Assembly (NCBI GenBank): GCA_900088475.1
Contig: FLMG01000116.1
Coordinates: forward strand, 1-64,000
Direction of reading: 5' to 3'
Length of the DNA stretch: 64,000 nucleotides
From: Hyphochytrium catenoides
Lineage: Eukaryota; Protista; Hyphochytriomycota
The position numbers were made by a program, and so were the translations under genes. Shown here one piece after another: positions 38,601-51,464 of the stretch (position 1 is the first letter of the stretch; each line of letters opens with the position of its first letter). A model generated the notes under the pieces. The model was not told the origin of the DNA and ran no database searches. It was given only the letters and a program-made list of their open reading frames with translations.

Positions 38601-41600
38601 GTGGGATGACTTGGGTCCTAAAAGGTGAGCTACTGTGCCCTACTAAACCATGAGAGATGGAACGACGCAAAGCATAGAAGATCTTTAGCTTACATGACAA
38701 GACCAGGGGAAGAAGGAACGGGAGACGGGCAACAAAATTAGGTTTAGACTTTGGACCAAATATAGTCAACTATGAAGGAGGGTGATGGCATTACGTAGAA
38801 CCAGTTTATGGCACCATGATCGACGGAGGCCACTTAGTTGACTGTGTTGCCTACGTCTGCCTAGATCAAAGCCATATGCTTGGGAGCATCCCAACAGCGT
38901 GAATCGAAGCCTCTGCATTCGTTTCTTACAGGTGAAGGAGTGCTGTCGACCTCTTAATCGCCCGTTGAATTTTCCTCAATCCGATCTTATCTGGCTCCTC
39001 TTGCTCTTCGAAGCCCCACCTTTACGTTTGACGTGAAAGTAACGTTTTAGGTCTTTCTAAACGTACCAATGAGACCCCCTATGGTGAATGTCCTTCCTAT
39101 TCAGCCGAAATCCTCCCCGTAGGTTGCGGATGCGGGTCTGGAGAGCTACCAGTCCTATAATTTTAGCTTAGATGAGGTCGTCGAGCATAAGGTAAGAGAA
39201 AGGCTAAGCTTCACTTCCAGATGACCTAAGAGTTACTTTTCTGTGTTGTGCTCTGTCCCTCCAAGCCATCTCGCCATTTCAAGATACTGCCTGGCCTTGC
39301 GATGCAGCAAAGAGATCTAAACCAAGTGCTTTCAGCCTCCTCCTGCGAACAGCCGGCTCTCTCTTAGCCACCTTTTCCCTAAACTTCGCTAACTAGCTAC
39401 TCACCTTCTAATCGAATCCGCTCATCACCTCCCTCTTTCAGACCTTCAAACTTCAACGAAGTCTTCCCTCATTCAAAAACCTTACAAAAGAGGGCTTTCT
39501 TCTAAAAAAAGACGAGTCGCTCTCCTCCATTTCGCGCTGGCAGCGGCGCTACTTCCGTCTCCAAGGAATAAGCCTATACTACTTTAAGAGCAAGGAGGAC
39601 TGGGAGCTGAGGGGAGTGATCGATCTTGTGACGGAGGAAATGGGGGGTAGTTTCATAGCTGTCTACATGTTGCCTCCCTCCCCTAAGAGGAGAGCTCGAA
39701 GCTTCTTCCCTGGCCCCGCGCCCTACTCACTCAAGGGTCGGCTGCAAGGCTTAAGGAATATCGTCGGAGACGAGCGGGTGGGAAACGTAATGGCAGCTCG
39801 AGAGCGCAGCGAAGCGGGAGCCGAGCCTAAAGCCTCCTTAAATTACCTACATGGCTTGCAACATGCGGCCGAAATTCTTCGCAGCTCTTATTTGGAGGTC
39901 CTCCGCGAACGAAACGCGGAGATGTCTACCAGGAGGGTGAGGGAAGGAGATAAAGAGAAGACGGTGGAAGGACAGGTCTCCCCGCATGTGGTAATGGAAG
40001 GTTCAGAGATCGTCCGTCTTCTCCTTGCTAAAAGGATTGCACCAGCGAGATCCTATGCGATAGACATGGCCAGAGATCTTCTGGAGTGTGGCCTACTGGA
40101 AGAAAGAGGCGGAAAAGCAAAGGATAGAGATCTGACGGTGGAGGAGGAGGACAACAACTTTAGAGAAGGCGGGGCCTACGAAGTGCTTCCGAGCATTGTG
40201 GCGCAGGATCTGCCTACTTTCTCCAGTCATTCAAGGGCTAAGGGATTGTCAAATCGCTTCTGTATAGTGACATCAATCAAGACTTCCTATTTTACATGTC
40301 GTGACTACGAGGAGGCTCTTAGTTGGGTACAGGCCATCCAGAGAGCCTCCCATGCAGAAGCCCAAGAGGTACACTTCTTACCTTGAATAGCACTAACGCT
40401 ATCTCTGGCTCAGGAGAGGAATTCCTTCTTTATTTCTCCGACTCCCTAATGTACTCTGCCTGGTTCTACTGCGCTGGCCATCGTGAGAATACTTTCAAAA
40501 GTCTCACTGGGCCTTGTTCCTCGTTCTACCGTTAGAATGTGAATACGTCCAAGTCGATCGTTGGGGATACGCTTCACGACCGAGTCCGCACCAAGTCCTT
40601 CATTCGGGCGAGAATCAGAGCTGATGGACCCACCAAGGTTCTCGAGCTCAATGAGGTCGGACTAGACGATGCTGCTGAACAAGAGTCTGTGGACGGCAGA
40701 GGAGAAGCAGATGAGCATGAAGAAGCCACGATAGGCTCAGAAACAGCTACGTCACGATCAGTGGGAGGTTCTCCTTTCTTCTTCCCTCGAGGGACTATTC
40801 ACATACTCTTGCAGCTCGACTCCTTTGGAATATCCATTGTTGACCAAAGGCCCGAGGAGCTTCTTTATATGAGCCTTCATAACATTCGAGCGCTGGCCTC
40901 CGTTTCAGCAGCGAGGGCAAGTGTCACTCTGTCAGTGAACAAATTGCAGATCGACAATCAGTCGAGAAGCGCAATATACCCAGTAATCCTCTACGTGGAT
41001 AGTGAGCCACAGAGGAGGAGAAGAAGTGGCCTAAAAGGAGAAGACGGAGATCGGGCGGCTGGGACTTTCGGGTTCTCCTGTGCTGACTGTGAGATGTGGA
41101 GCGAGCAAGAAACGTCTTTTCACCTCTGCTTCTCGTTGCTGCGTGGAAGGAAGGATCTATTATACTTTGAGCACTTGTCTTCCTGGTTGGCTCCTCTGCA
41201 GTTGTGCTTGGAGGAAGACGCTATGGCGACTTTGCAGCAATTCTTCGCCTCGGTAGGCAACCACTCCGGTCTATACTCCCATCTTCCCGTCATCCGTGCA
41301 ATTAGCATTCTCTTGCCTCTTCAAATCTATGTTAAACCAATAACTATTTTCCTGCACGTTGTGCTGCTTGCACACCTGTGTTCGACTTCTTTGTCGCCAT
41401 AGGATTCATGTTGCTACACGATATCTTTGTAACGTAAGGTCTACAATGTCTAGAGGACTCTTGCTCAGTAGACTCTCCACATGTTATATCGTCAATCATT
41501 CTCTAGGGGAATTATTCCAGAGCTTCGAAGTCCCTTACAAGTGACCACCCAGAGTGTGATGACGAGCCCGGAAGAGGACAAGGCCTGCGACGAGGAACGT

Positions 41601-44262
41601 TAAGCAATGAAAGAAGGTCAAGGGCAGCATCACTGGATGCGGACATATTGAAGGATTATCTAGCGACGATGCAAGAAAATGTCTTCCTTGGCATAGACAA
41701 CCGTTTTCGATCAATTGGTCCATATCAAGCAGAGACGTGGACATCATACTTCTCCTTCCTCCATCTTCACCCCGTGTCCCTCTCACTAACGTACAGAAGC
41801 AGCAGAGGGAGTTATCTTATGGGCCGGGAGGGCGTTGGGGATGAGCTCATTGAGAGGAGGCGAAGGCTAGGCGGAAGAATGTTTCGCCTGCCTGCCCTTG
41901 ATGACGCTTCCATACAGTTTGGTACTTTAGTGCTAGAGCATGGCTTTGGGACGTTGCAGGACACGCTCCAAAGCGTCTGCCGCCACTATACTGGTCAAGC
42001 GCTGCGGCAAGTTCATAAGGTCATCGGATCAATGGACTTTTTAGGCAATCCTGTCAACTTCTTCGGGCATATGGGCGCTGGAGTAAGTACATGTACTGGC
42101 TCTCCTCTGCTTCAGCCACTGGCAGTCTTGACTTTAAGTTCTATCGTCTTCAAACCTTCGACTGCGTACATTGTGGCATCATAGACCCGCCGCCGTACCG
42201 TCAGTCCCCCAGCACCTCTCTTCCATGACAGGGTGTTTCATTCTCCTCATGGGTCAAGGCCCTTTGATTGTTATAAGCGCTTCTCTATTGTCAACCTAAT
42301 AGGACCACTCTTCCGTCAGGCTTCACCTAACTCGATGACTCTCTGCAATCTATATTGTTATAGGTACGCGATTTTATTCAGGAGCCTCTTGATGGCCTCA
42401 AAAGTGGCGGAATAGGATTCGGGCAGGGGTTAGCTAAAGGCACTGCGAGCCTAGTTCAGAATACGGTGGATGGCACATTGGATGCTGCCTCCAAGATCTA
42501 TGGCAGTTTAGGCCAGGGGTTAGCCTCTCTTCTCGATGATCACTACCAAGCGAGGAGACAGCAAGAAAGAATGGAGCCAGTTGGCAGTCTGGGAGAAGGG
42601 CTTAAACAAGGCGCAAAGGAACTACGTCTTGGGCTAGTAGAAGGATTCTCGGGCATGTTTCTTGCGCCTATCAGGGGAAGTCAGGAGGGTGCGATGGGGC
42701 TGATGAGAGGAGCAGTGCAGGGAGTGCTTGGAGTGGCCCTCAAACCGACCGCAGGCGTCTTTGACTTCGCCTCTCGCGCCTCTCAGGGCCTCAAGTATCG
42801 GCCACAATTACAATTGCAGGGCCATCTAGGAAAAGAAAGGGTTCGTCCCCCTAGGGTCTTCGGGCGCCATGGACAGCTTAAGGAGTTTCGCGAGGAAGAT
42901 ACCGTGGCTTTTGCTCTTCTACGGGAGGTCCTCGGTGGAAGGTTTAGTCGCTCCTACATCGTGTTCCATTCGCAAATTGTCCAAACGCTACCGATGGTGG
43001 AAGTCGCTGCTCGGGAAAGGAGGGCTGCAAAGGAACGGGATCAGGGCGGATACCAAGGAGGAGATCTTTATCAAGTTACCTTTCATCCTGGCCCTATCGG
43101 TCTTCAGTTGGAGACCGACTTCTACCAGCAACACATTGTAGTAAAAGGCTTTAATCGCAGTAAGGACGGCTCTTATGGTCAGGCTGAGCTCTCTACTCTT
43201 ATAGAGACTGGGAACATTCTACTCAGTGTTGGAGGTATTGCGGTTCAAGACATGCGATTTTCTTCCGTGATGTCGCTGATCAAAGGGGCTGCAAGGCCAG
43301 TAACCCTGACATTTGAGAAGCCAACTCGGCCAGGTCGAAGAAAGGGAAGAGCACGCACGGTCTTTTCGTTAGGAGCCGTGGAGAGCGGTCAAGTCCAGTC
43401 CGGGGGGGAAGAGCCATGTTCTGCCAGGAACCCAACACTGGAACCTTCAGCACTAGTTCATTTGACCCACTGGCTGATTGTCACTGATACCCATGCTCTG
43501 CTCATCAACATTAGTGACGTTAGCCAGGTCTGTGTTGACTGGATAACACCCTTACAGAATGTCATTGATGTCTCGTGCGATCAAGAGGTTGAAGCGTTGG
43601 ATGTGAGGGTACGTGTACCGTTAACTGCGGGATCCAGTGGACCAATGGTTCGGCCCTCGTCTGAAGCTATGGCTATTAGAGACAGGAATCTGCATCTTTT
43701 CCAGGTCGCTATGTGGCAGGCCTTCCAGTCGAAAGCAGCCGCTGCGCAAGAGTTCTACCCGTCTGAGGCGATCATTCAAGGGCCGCTGCGGAAGAAGACT
43801 GGGCTACGGCTGTTGAAACGCTGGTTCGTGGTTAGTAAAGGCTGTCTGTACTACTTCACCGATCCTGACCAGAAGAACTTAAGAGGTATAGTTCCACTAG
43901 CATACCTAGAAGTGACTCCAGACCGAGTGAGCACAGAGGGCTTCTCTCTACATCCGCGGGGTGATTATCCGCTCAAGGTGGTCCATATAGAGGATAGAGA
44001 GGCAGTTGTGCAAACCTTCAAGGGCATTAAGCTTTATGCCGACGACAGCGACCAGCGAGATCGATGGGTAAGCGTTCTGCGGTCAGTCTCTCTTATGCAC
44101 GAGGCTTCGGGCCAAGAGGGAGGCAGTACGGACAGTAGTAGCCAAAGCTCCACCCTTCTACGCGTTGGAGTAAGAGGCGTGCCATCATCACAAGTTGAGT
44201 CTCTGATCCTGAACTTCAAGCAGTGTCTGACCTCATGTGAGCTAGCACGCTCTCTCATCTGA
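26652..44262 (+). CDS. VPS13: VPS13-family bridge-like lipid transfer protein with many accessory domains (about 4,700 aa, my estimate)
   Basis: Chorein-N start MVFEAALVAALRRFLG…LQLSLWTGDLALENV…GSIGHLRLEIPW; FNSRNNGWEPLLE; VAB-type repeats (IENSTGLPI, PRYLLRNNT, PPYRIDNKT, YAWEHP); ADGPTKVL; LQIDNQ; VIGSMDFLGNPV; ATG_C helices; RVRPPRVF. The exons I checked join in phase. Confidence 0.95.
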
Positions 44263-44702
44263 ACTATGGAGATTGCCGTCTTCATGTTCATAAAGTATGC
44301 AGCCAGATGTGTGGAGGAATAAGAGCTGCACACGGCAACAAGTGAGACTATTTATGAATGATCAACAGGCAGGTGTCCTTCTATGTCTCTACGGCTCCAT
44401 ATGCCCAGTCTTATCATACACATTCTCCTTCGATATTCGAGACTTGATAGGTCCATAGGGTTAGGCAACTAGCAGTATCGCTCGCTCACTCTCCACTTCT
44501 TATTAGCTGGAAACATGCACCCCAGTCCGATGACCCACTTGCTGAGCTCCACCACGAACAGTCTAGTACTCGTATAAAGTAGACAGACCCGCAGATTGCC
44601 AGACTTCACAAGTCATAGCTAATAACAGGCGCGTGGGCCTAATAAAGTTGTGCAGACAAGCTTCTCGGTGTTTCACAATCTCGACTACTGCGTTACAAAA
44701 GT

Positions 44703-44707
44703 AAAAA
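44703..44707 (-). terminator. Pol III oligo-T terminator of tRNA-Glu
   Basis: TTTTT 5 nt downstream of the discriminator base on the - strand. Confidence 0.7.
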
Positions 44708-44711
44708 GTTT

Positions 44712-44784
44712 TTCCCAGTCCGGGACTCGAACCCGGGTCTCACGGGTGAGAGCCGTGTATCCTAACCACCTAGACTAACTGGGA
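44712..44784 (-). tRNA. tRNA-Glu (anticodon CTC)
   Basis: TCCCAGT…ACTGGGA acceptor stem, CACGG-CTCTCAC-CCGTG anticodon arm, GGTTCGAGTCCC T arm. Confidence 0.97.
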
Positions 44785-45308
44785 TAACAGCTGGAGAGAA
44801 GATAGTTCTAGGGCAATATCTATGTAGGGCCTTTCTAAAGTAACGCTGTCAATGGAGACATCAGCATATCTCTCAACAGACGTAATCACTCAGCTCATCA
44901 CCTGTTCCCATTCATAGTCTGTAGTTCGTACATTCTGCTGTCATAGTCATAGCGATGGTGTCTGCCCTGGGATCAGAACAATAGTCAGGGGACGTTCATG
45001 TCCAATTATGTAGGGTGAACAAGGCGCTAGCTGGGCGTGGGCGCATCACATCGCCCTGGAAGGTAGATTTACGTCAATCCCACTCCGGCACTGGCAGTGT
45101 ATTAGCAACATGAAGTTGTTACTCTAGTTTACGCATACAGATTAGACTTGTAAACTGACAGAGCATAATAAGAGATAAATGAACTGGTCCATGTGGCCCT
45201 CTCGCATTGGGCATCTAATCGCGTCGACGGCATATTCTTTCTTTGTAGAGAGAGGCACATAGGGCAGGAATACTTCGGAGTAGGCAGGGTGAAGTACAAG
45301 GCTTATGT

Positions 45309-48300
45309 CTACTCTTTCATCCGGCTGCGGAGAGAGTCCTTCAGCTTCTTGAGTTTCCGATTGAGCACAGCCTCCATCTCATTCGCATCCTTATCGGAAA
45401 AAGCATCCAAATACAGTCAGTCGTCGTCAATGCATTTTAATCAGAACCCTCTAGTCGGAGGGAGAGATTGGAGTACAAGAAATGGAGGCTGCCAACCAAT
45501 AGCAGTGTTATGACTCATCTACCAAAGCAAGGCCAAGCAGGAAGTGCGGGGGACGTTGAGCAGAACTCAAGCATGACCTGGGGTCTAGGAGAGAACTCGG
45601 CTAGACTACTTCCCCAACAGCGTTAATAATGACTGAGAAGAGAGGCTCACCTGGTAGACAATGGAGTCGGGTCTGTTATATAACCTTGCGTTGTTGAAGA
45701 GCTTTCTCATGTCTTCTTCAAAGTCCTGCACTGTGCTGTACGCGTGGTCCTTCAACTGCCTATGGATAGTGCGAAGATCGATAGGGTCCTTGATAATCTA
45801 GGGAGTCAATGTTAAGAAAGAAAAGGTGAGTGACAAGGACAGAACAGAACGGCGGTAGTAAAGACAAAGACGAGAAGATGAGCGGGCATGAGCAAGGGCA
45901 TAAATGGTGACTGAAAGGCTCATATAACTAGAAAAGGCCCATAGAGCTACAGAAAGACTCTCCAATAGAGTTACAAAAGGGCCTATAGCGCTAAAGAGGC
46001 CCATAGAGCTAACCAAGAGCCCATAGAGCGGCAATGAAGGTTGGAGTTCCTTAAGGGAAGGTTAAGAAGGGTAGGGTTAAGCTGACCTTATAGTAGTCCT
46101 GGTACTCTGTACGAGAGGGCTTGTCTAGATAGAGCTGGCAGCGAAGGCGACCATGCTCGTCTTTTAATTCGCGAACTGCCTTGTAACACTTAAGAGACGT
46201 CTGTCAGTTATACTTAACAAGCGAAATGTTGAACACATCAAAGCCGACACCAAGTAGCAGGAGCAACCCGGAGCAACATGACGAATAGAGACAGGATAGG
46301 ACCTAAGAAAATTCGCGTACCTTTGATAACTTCTTAGAGAGATGCTTCCTGCTTAAACCTGCCTCTCCTCCCTCCAACTGTGGCACGAAACACTAAGAAT
46401 CAAGGCCCGCTCTATGATCTATACAAAATCTCTTGATACCTTGGGATGCTTTGAGCCTCCCGATCCGCTTTCTTCGTCACTCCTGGGCCTTTTCTTCCCC
46501 GTCTCTTTTCCTCCTGCTTCAAACTCCGAGATATCCATTCCAGCTTCAACCATTCGGGTAAATTGCCTGTCTGTCAGGCCATCATTGTACACGACTTCCT
46601 TTCTCTTCCTAGATCCACGGCCTGCTTCTTCGAGAAGCTATTGAAGTAGAATAACGAAGTAGAATAGAGGAATAAGTGGAATAGAGGAGGAGGAATAAGT
46701 CCATCAGATGCGCTGTGTTTGCCTTAAGAGATCCTTAGTAAACAACAGGATGGAGGAACCGGACATAGGTCAACCAAAGTAACAAGGCGACTAAACATAT
46801 ACCTCTTTATTCCGGCATGTGCGAGACTCACCTCTTTTTGTTTCAGATCGGCAGCCATATCCGCCTGCTCCTTACTCTTGATGAGCCAATCGGGCAAGTC
46901 GTGCTCCTGCATTAGACGGCTCGGCCGTTTCCCTGTCAAGCCGAAGATCTTTCTGCGTTCGTTCCATTCACGCTGCAAGAAGCAAATCGGTGGGTAAGCA
47001 GCGAAAGAGAATGAGCAGATGGGAAAGGGAGACTTTTAGGGAAAGGGTAATCCAATAACTCATTGCACCTGCAAGGGGGGTAGTAAGTGGAGAGGAGCCA
47101 AGCGCGAGAAGAGGGACAGCTCCACAGGGCTTACGAGCTAACTTCGTACACTTAGGACTCTTACCTCTTCTCGTGCCTCTCTTTCCTGATCTAGTCGTTG
47201 GTACAGTTCATATTCCTCATCGGTTACAGCCATCATCGTGTTTATCTGGTCATCATCAACAATTCCCTCATTGTCCTCTGCTCCTTCCTCTGCTTCTACC
47301 TTGAGTAGAGATTCGAGCATTGCTCTCCTCTCCGCGTCCTTACTCTTGGCGTTGAACTTGCCAGCCTCAACAACGAGCGAGTTGATGTTGAGTTTGTCAG
47401 TGGCTCGGGCAAGGATTTTTTCCTCGATTGGTGAGTTTGTGACCAGACGGAAGACCCTGAGAGTAGAGAGAGAGAGAAGATCGGTGAGGCTAAAGTCTTG
47501 AAACAAACACCCTGACAGGGCCCGTAACCGAGGGGTGGCGCAAATGTACTAAGAGAGCAATAGCGCATTTATCTCTGAGTGGCCTCTGTGCGCGCTTTTG
47601 AAGCATGGTCAGAGTACTCACCTCACTTCATTCTTCTGGCCTATTCTATGAGCTCTATCTTGAGCTTGAGCGTCCATCATGGGATTCCAATCGCTATCGA
47701 AGATAATGACAGTATCTGCTGTGGCGAGATTCAAGCCGAGACCACCTGCTCTTGTTGAGAGGAGGAAGATGAAGTAAGGCGAGTCTGGGGCATTGAACTG
47801 AAACATTCGCTGCTCTCTCTCATCGGCAGTAGTCGAACCGTCCAGGCGAAGATATCTGAAACCTCTCATGGCAAAGTAATCCTCCAGAATGTTCATCAGC
47901 TGGGTCATTTGACTGAACATCAATACTCTGTGTCCGGCTGCTTTGAGCTTGGGCAACATGCGATCCAGCAGCTCGAACTTCCCCGCACAACGCACCATCG
48001 CTTCATCCACCGGCCATGAATCTTCCATGAAGAGATAAGGATGGTTGCAAATCTTCCTAAGCTGCATGATGATGTTAGAGAGGCCGCGACTGCCTGTCTT
48101 TCCAAGTGAAGACGAAGGATCCACTAAGAGGGCGCCTTTCTCCTGAATCTGCCTATACATGATCTTCTGCCATGCAGATAACTCACATCGGAGAACCTTC
48201 TCCACCTTACTCGGCAATTGGTCGATGACAGCAGATTTTACTCTACGCAAAAGGAAAGGCCGTAACAGTCGATGCAGTCTGTTGATGATAAGCAGCTTCT

Positions 48301-50644
48301 CCTCCTCGTTAAGCTCGTTGCCTTCGCCAGTGCCGCTATAGTTCTGAAATGGCTTATTAAACCACTGTTCAAAGTTCTCCACGCTCTTAAAGATCTTCGG
48401 TAATAGAAAGTTTAAAAGAGACCACAGTTCTGGAAGGTTGTTTTGCAAGGGAGTACCCGTGAGCAGGATTCTGTTTCTTGAGTTGTAGAGCTGCCCCAGA
48501 GTCTGTGCAAACTTGCTCTGCGCGTTTTTCATCCTATGTCCCTCATCAACTATGATGTACTGCCATAGCGTCTTCCTGAGCACGTGCTTATCCTTCATAA
48601 CGTATTCATAGGTAGTCAGTNNNNNNNNNNNNNNNNNNNNNNNNNNNNNNNNNTATGTCACTAGGGAAATGGTCTGAATAGTCTTCCCGAGACCCATTTC
48701 GTCCGCAAGGATGCCGTTAAGATTGTTGTTGTAAAGAGAGACCATCCACTGCAGTCCCTTCAGCTGATACTCCTTCAAGTCTCCGCCCACTAACATTGAG
48801 GGTTGTCGGGTTATCTTCTCCTGGACTGCGTGAGCCAGGTCATAGTAATCGCCCTGAGAACTCTCGGAAGACTCTCCTTCCTGACTCTGATTATTCTGGG
48901 CTACTCCACCACCCACCGCCTCCTCCTGATGGCGGCGTACTAGCTGCATGACGCTCTCTAGGTACTCGTCCGTCTGCTTCAGGAGATACCGGAGCCTTTC
49001 GTTCTTTGCGTTCTCTACCAGCTTGGCATATGCCTCCATGTCATTTGCTTTCAGCGCTTTCAACCGGTTTCTTTCAAACCTTTCCTCTTCTCTTTCCGCC
49101 TTCAGAGCAATGCCCTCTAAATGGGTCTTGACAGCCCTTGCAGCCTTGGCTGCAGCGCTATACTTATTCCGATGGAAAGAGAAAAAATCACGGCTGTGGT
49201 TTGCCACGCTTCGTAGAAAGTTTTGATGACGTTGGCGTCGCGCATTCTCAATCTCCATTTGCTTCTTTTTCTGCTCCTTCTCATAGAGCTTAAGTTCCTT
49301 TTTGGATTGCTTCTTATAACGTTTCATGGCGAATCGATCGACGACGGCGGGGTCCCTAAGAGAGAGAAGGGCTTGCTGGTGCGTCTCAATAACAGCCAGC
49401 CGAACCTGCTTCTGTTTCCCTAGCAGTTTAAGTGCTTTAAGCTGGATGAGATCCCTTAGGCCCTGCTTTGACTGTCCGTTGACTGGGTCTTCTGCGCTGT
49501 TCAGCTTGCTTTGCAGTTCCATAATGCGGTTTGAGATCATTCTCGAGATCTCCTGCTCCCTCTTCTCTTTCAGCTCATCTAGGTCAAGCGGTAAAGGACC
49601 CTCGGACCTTCGGAAGAGCTGTTCAAACCCTTGCTGCGGTACGGGCAGAGCCTCAGCCGCTTTCCCTATGAAGATGAGCCCATACTTGCCCCTCCTCCAT
49701 TGGGTGCCAAGATTACGCTTCTCTAGAGCCTTCTTTGCGGCGGCCTCCATCTCCATCTGCTTCCTCTGCAGAGTCCGAGGACTGTCAACTGGAGGTGGAG
49801 GAGGAACCTTCTTCTCCACCGGTGTTTTGATTTCTGGCCTGGCCGACTGTATTTTATCTCGACCTCCAGAAGCCTTTGCCCCGATGCTGGTTCTTGAAGG
49901 TTCCGGCTGGCTGCTAGTCTTGGCGATTTGTGGCGGCTGTGCAGCTTTTGTTGTTTTGCCCTCCTTCGCTCGAGGTTTTGATGCCTCCTGAACGGCCTTT
50001 GCCCCGGCATGTTCGGCGGGTTTGGCATACAAAGCGCCTCTGATGGCCTTAAACAATCGTACTTGCTCCACCAACTGAGCAATTTGCTGGGGCTGGAAAA
50101 GTAGCGCAGAAGCTGCCTGCTCTTGTAGATTTTGGTGAGCGGTCTGTTGCTGCTGGATTGCCTGCTGTTGTTGTTGCTGCCCATGAGCTGTTGGTGAAGT
50201 CCAATGAGCGTAGGCTGTCCCTTGCTGGTATGCATTCGGACTATCGCGCTGAACGCCATACTGTCCCTGTTGGTGCTGGTACAAATGCTGGGCCTGTTGG
50301 TGCTGAGAACCCCCTGCGGGGGCGGCAACATGCGGCGAAGGTTGGACCACCTGTGGCGAGGCCGCGGGTTGAGCCTGAGAAGCTCCTTGTTGCCTAAACA
50401 TGCTGGAGTGAGCTTGAAGAAGTTGGACCAGCTGCATGTATCTTGGATCGTCCGTTCTTCCCATCTCCTTCATCTGAAGGACCACCTAGAACAAATAAAA
50501 ACACTTGTTAGCTGAAGCTGAGATGATTTATCGGGCTACGGAAGTAATGGTCACCTGAAAAACCTTCTTCAGTTGCTCAGGTTGCAGTTGAGGCATTTGG
50601 TCCCTGCCTAAAGGCATTTGGCTACCGCTTGTGGCACTATGCAT
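45309..50644 (-). CDS. SNF2: SWI/SNF ATPase SNF2/BRM (QLQ, HSA, SNF2 helicase, SnAC, bromodomain)
   Basis: [53 protein letters not shown]; downstream exons encode a bromodomain (DYYK|IIKDPIDL…[18 protein letters not shown]); stop at 45309. Confidence 0.95.
45914..46030. repeat. Degenerate ~20-bp minisatellite (about 6 copies) in a SNF2 intron
   Basis: Units resembling AAGGCCCATAGAGCTA: aaggctcatataacta, aaggcccatagagcta, agactctccaatagagtta, agggcctatagcgcta, gaggcccatagagcta, gagcccatagagcg. Confidence 0.8.
48621..48653. other. Assembly gap (33 N) inside the SNF2 ATPase domain
   Basis: Run of N. Confidence 1.
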
Positions 50645-51464
50645 TATAATTATGTGCCGCCTTTAGAGACGGAGCGCCAACCTTGATGCCCCACTTGCTA
50701 CTCAGGCATTGCCAAACGCGATCAAGTGCTGCAGCTAAATGTTCTTTACGACGAGCACTTGGAGGAGTGCCAGCAACACTGCCTAGTACCGCTGTCACGC
50801 TAAAATTAAAAATAGAAGGCAGGTCCTCTCAGAGTCAGACAGATGTGGCGCTGACAGCTTCAACGCTTCGTATTGAGCGATCTTCAGAATCAACCGAAAT
50901 CTCATTTCGATCTCTTTTCCAGTTTCCAATTTTGAAGCTCCTTCTGTTTGTGTGATAAAGAGCCACCTACCGTACTGTAGTTCTTGCCAAGTCTTCTGTT
51001 AATCCCATTCCCCGTTCCCCATACAAATAACACAACACCTCCTCCAAACACAAGGAATAGAAGTAAGAGCGTTGGATTCAGAACTATGCCTTTCAGGTTC
51101 CACAAAGTAGTTTTTCTTATCAAGAATACCCAGTGTGTTTTCAAAATGGGGGGACGTTACTGGTAAGGTTTACGCCATCAAACGCAGAAATGACACCATC
51201 AATAGAGTTGTCGTGTGCGTACAGGGCAAGATCCACTTTTACACTTGCGCGACATCACATGAATGAGACGATAACCCGATGATGTGATGAGACTGTGAGA
51301 CAGATAGATGGGCGGGTTATCACGGCCTGGAACGCAGTCCCTTCTTCATCTCTGACTGCAGAGAGCAAGCGGGATATGTTGGGTCCGATCTTACGTATGA
51401 AGCTGCGTTCAACTGCCGTAAGTAGAGCCGACAAGTTTAGCGGTTCTGTAAATCGCTAAGTGGG

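Noticed and set aside
45914-46030. CRISPR-like array
   Set aside because: No unique spacers, eukaryotic intron context, no cas genes.
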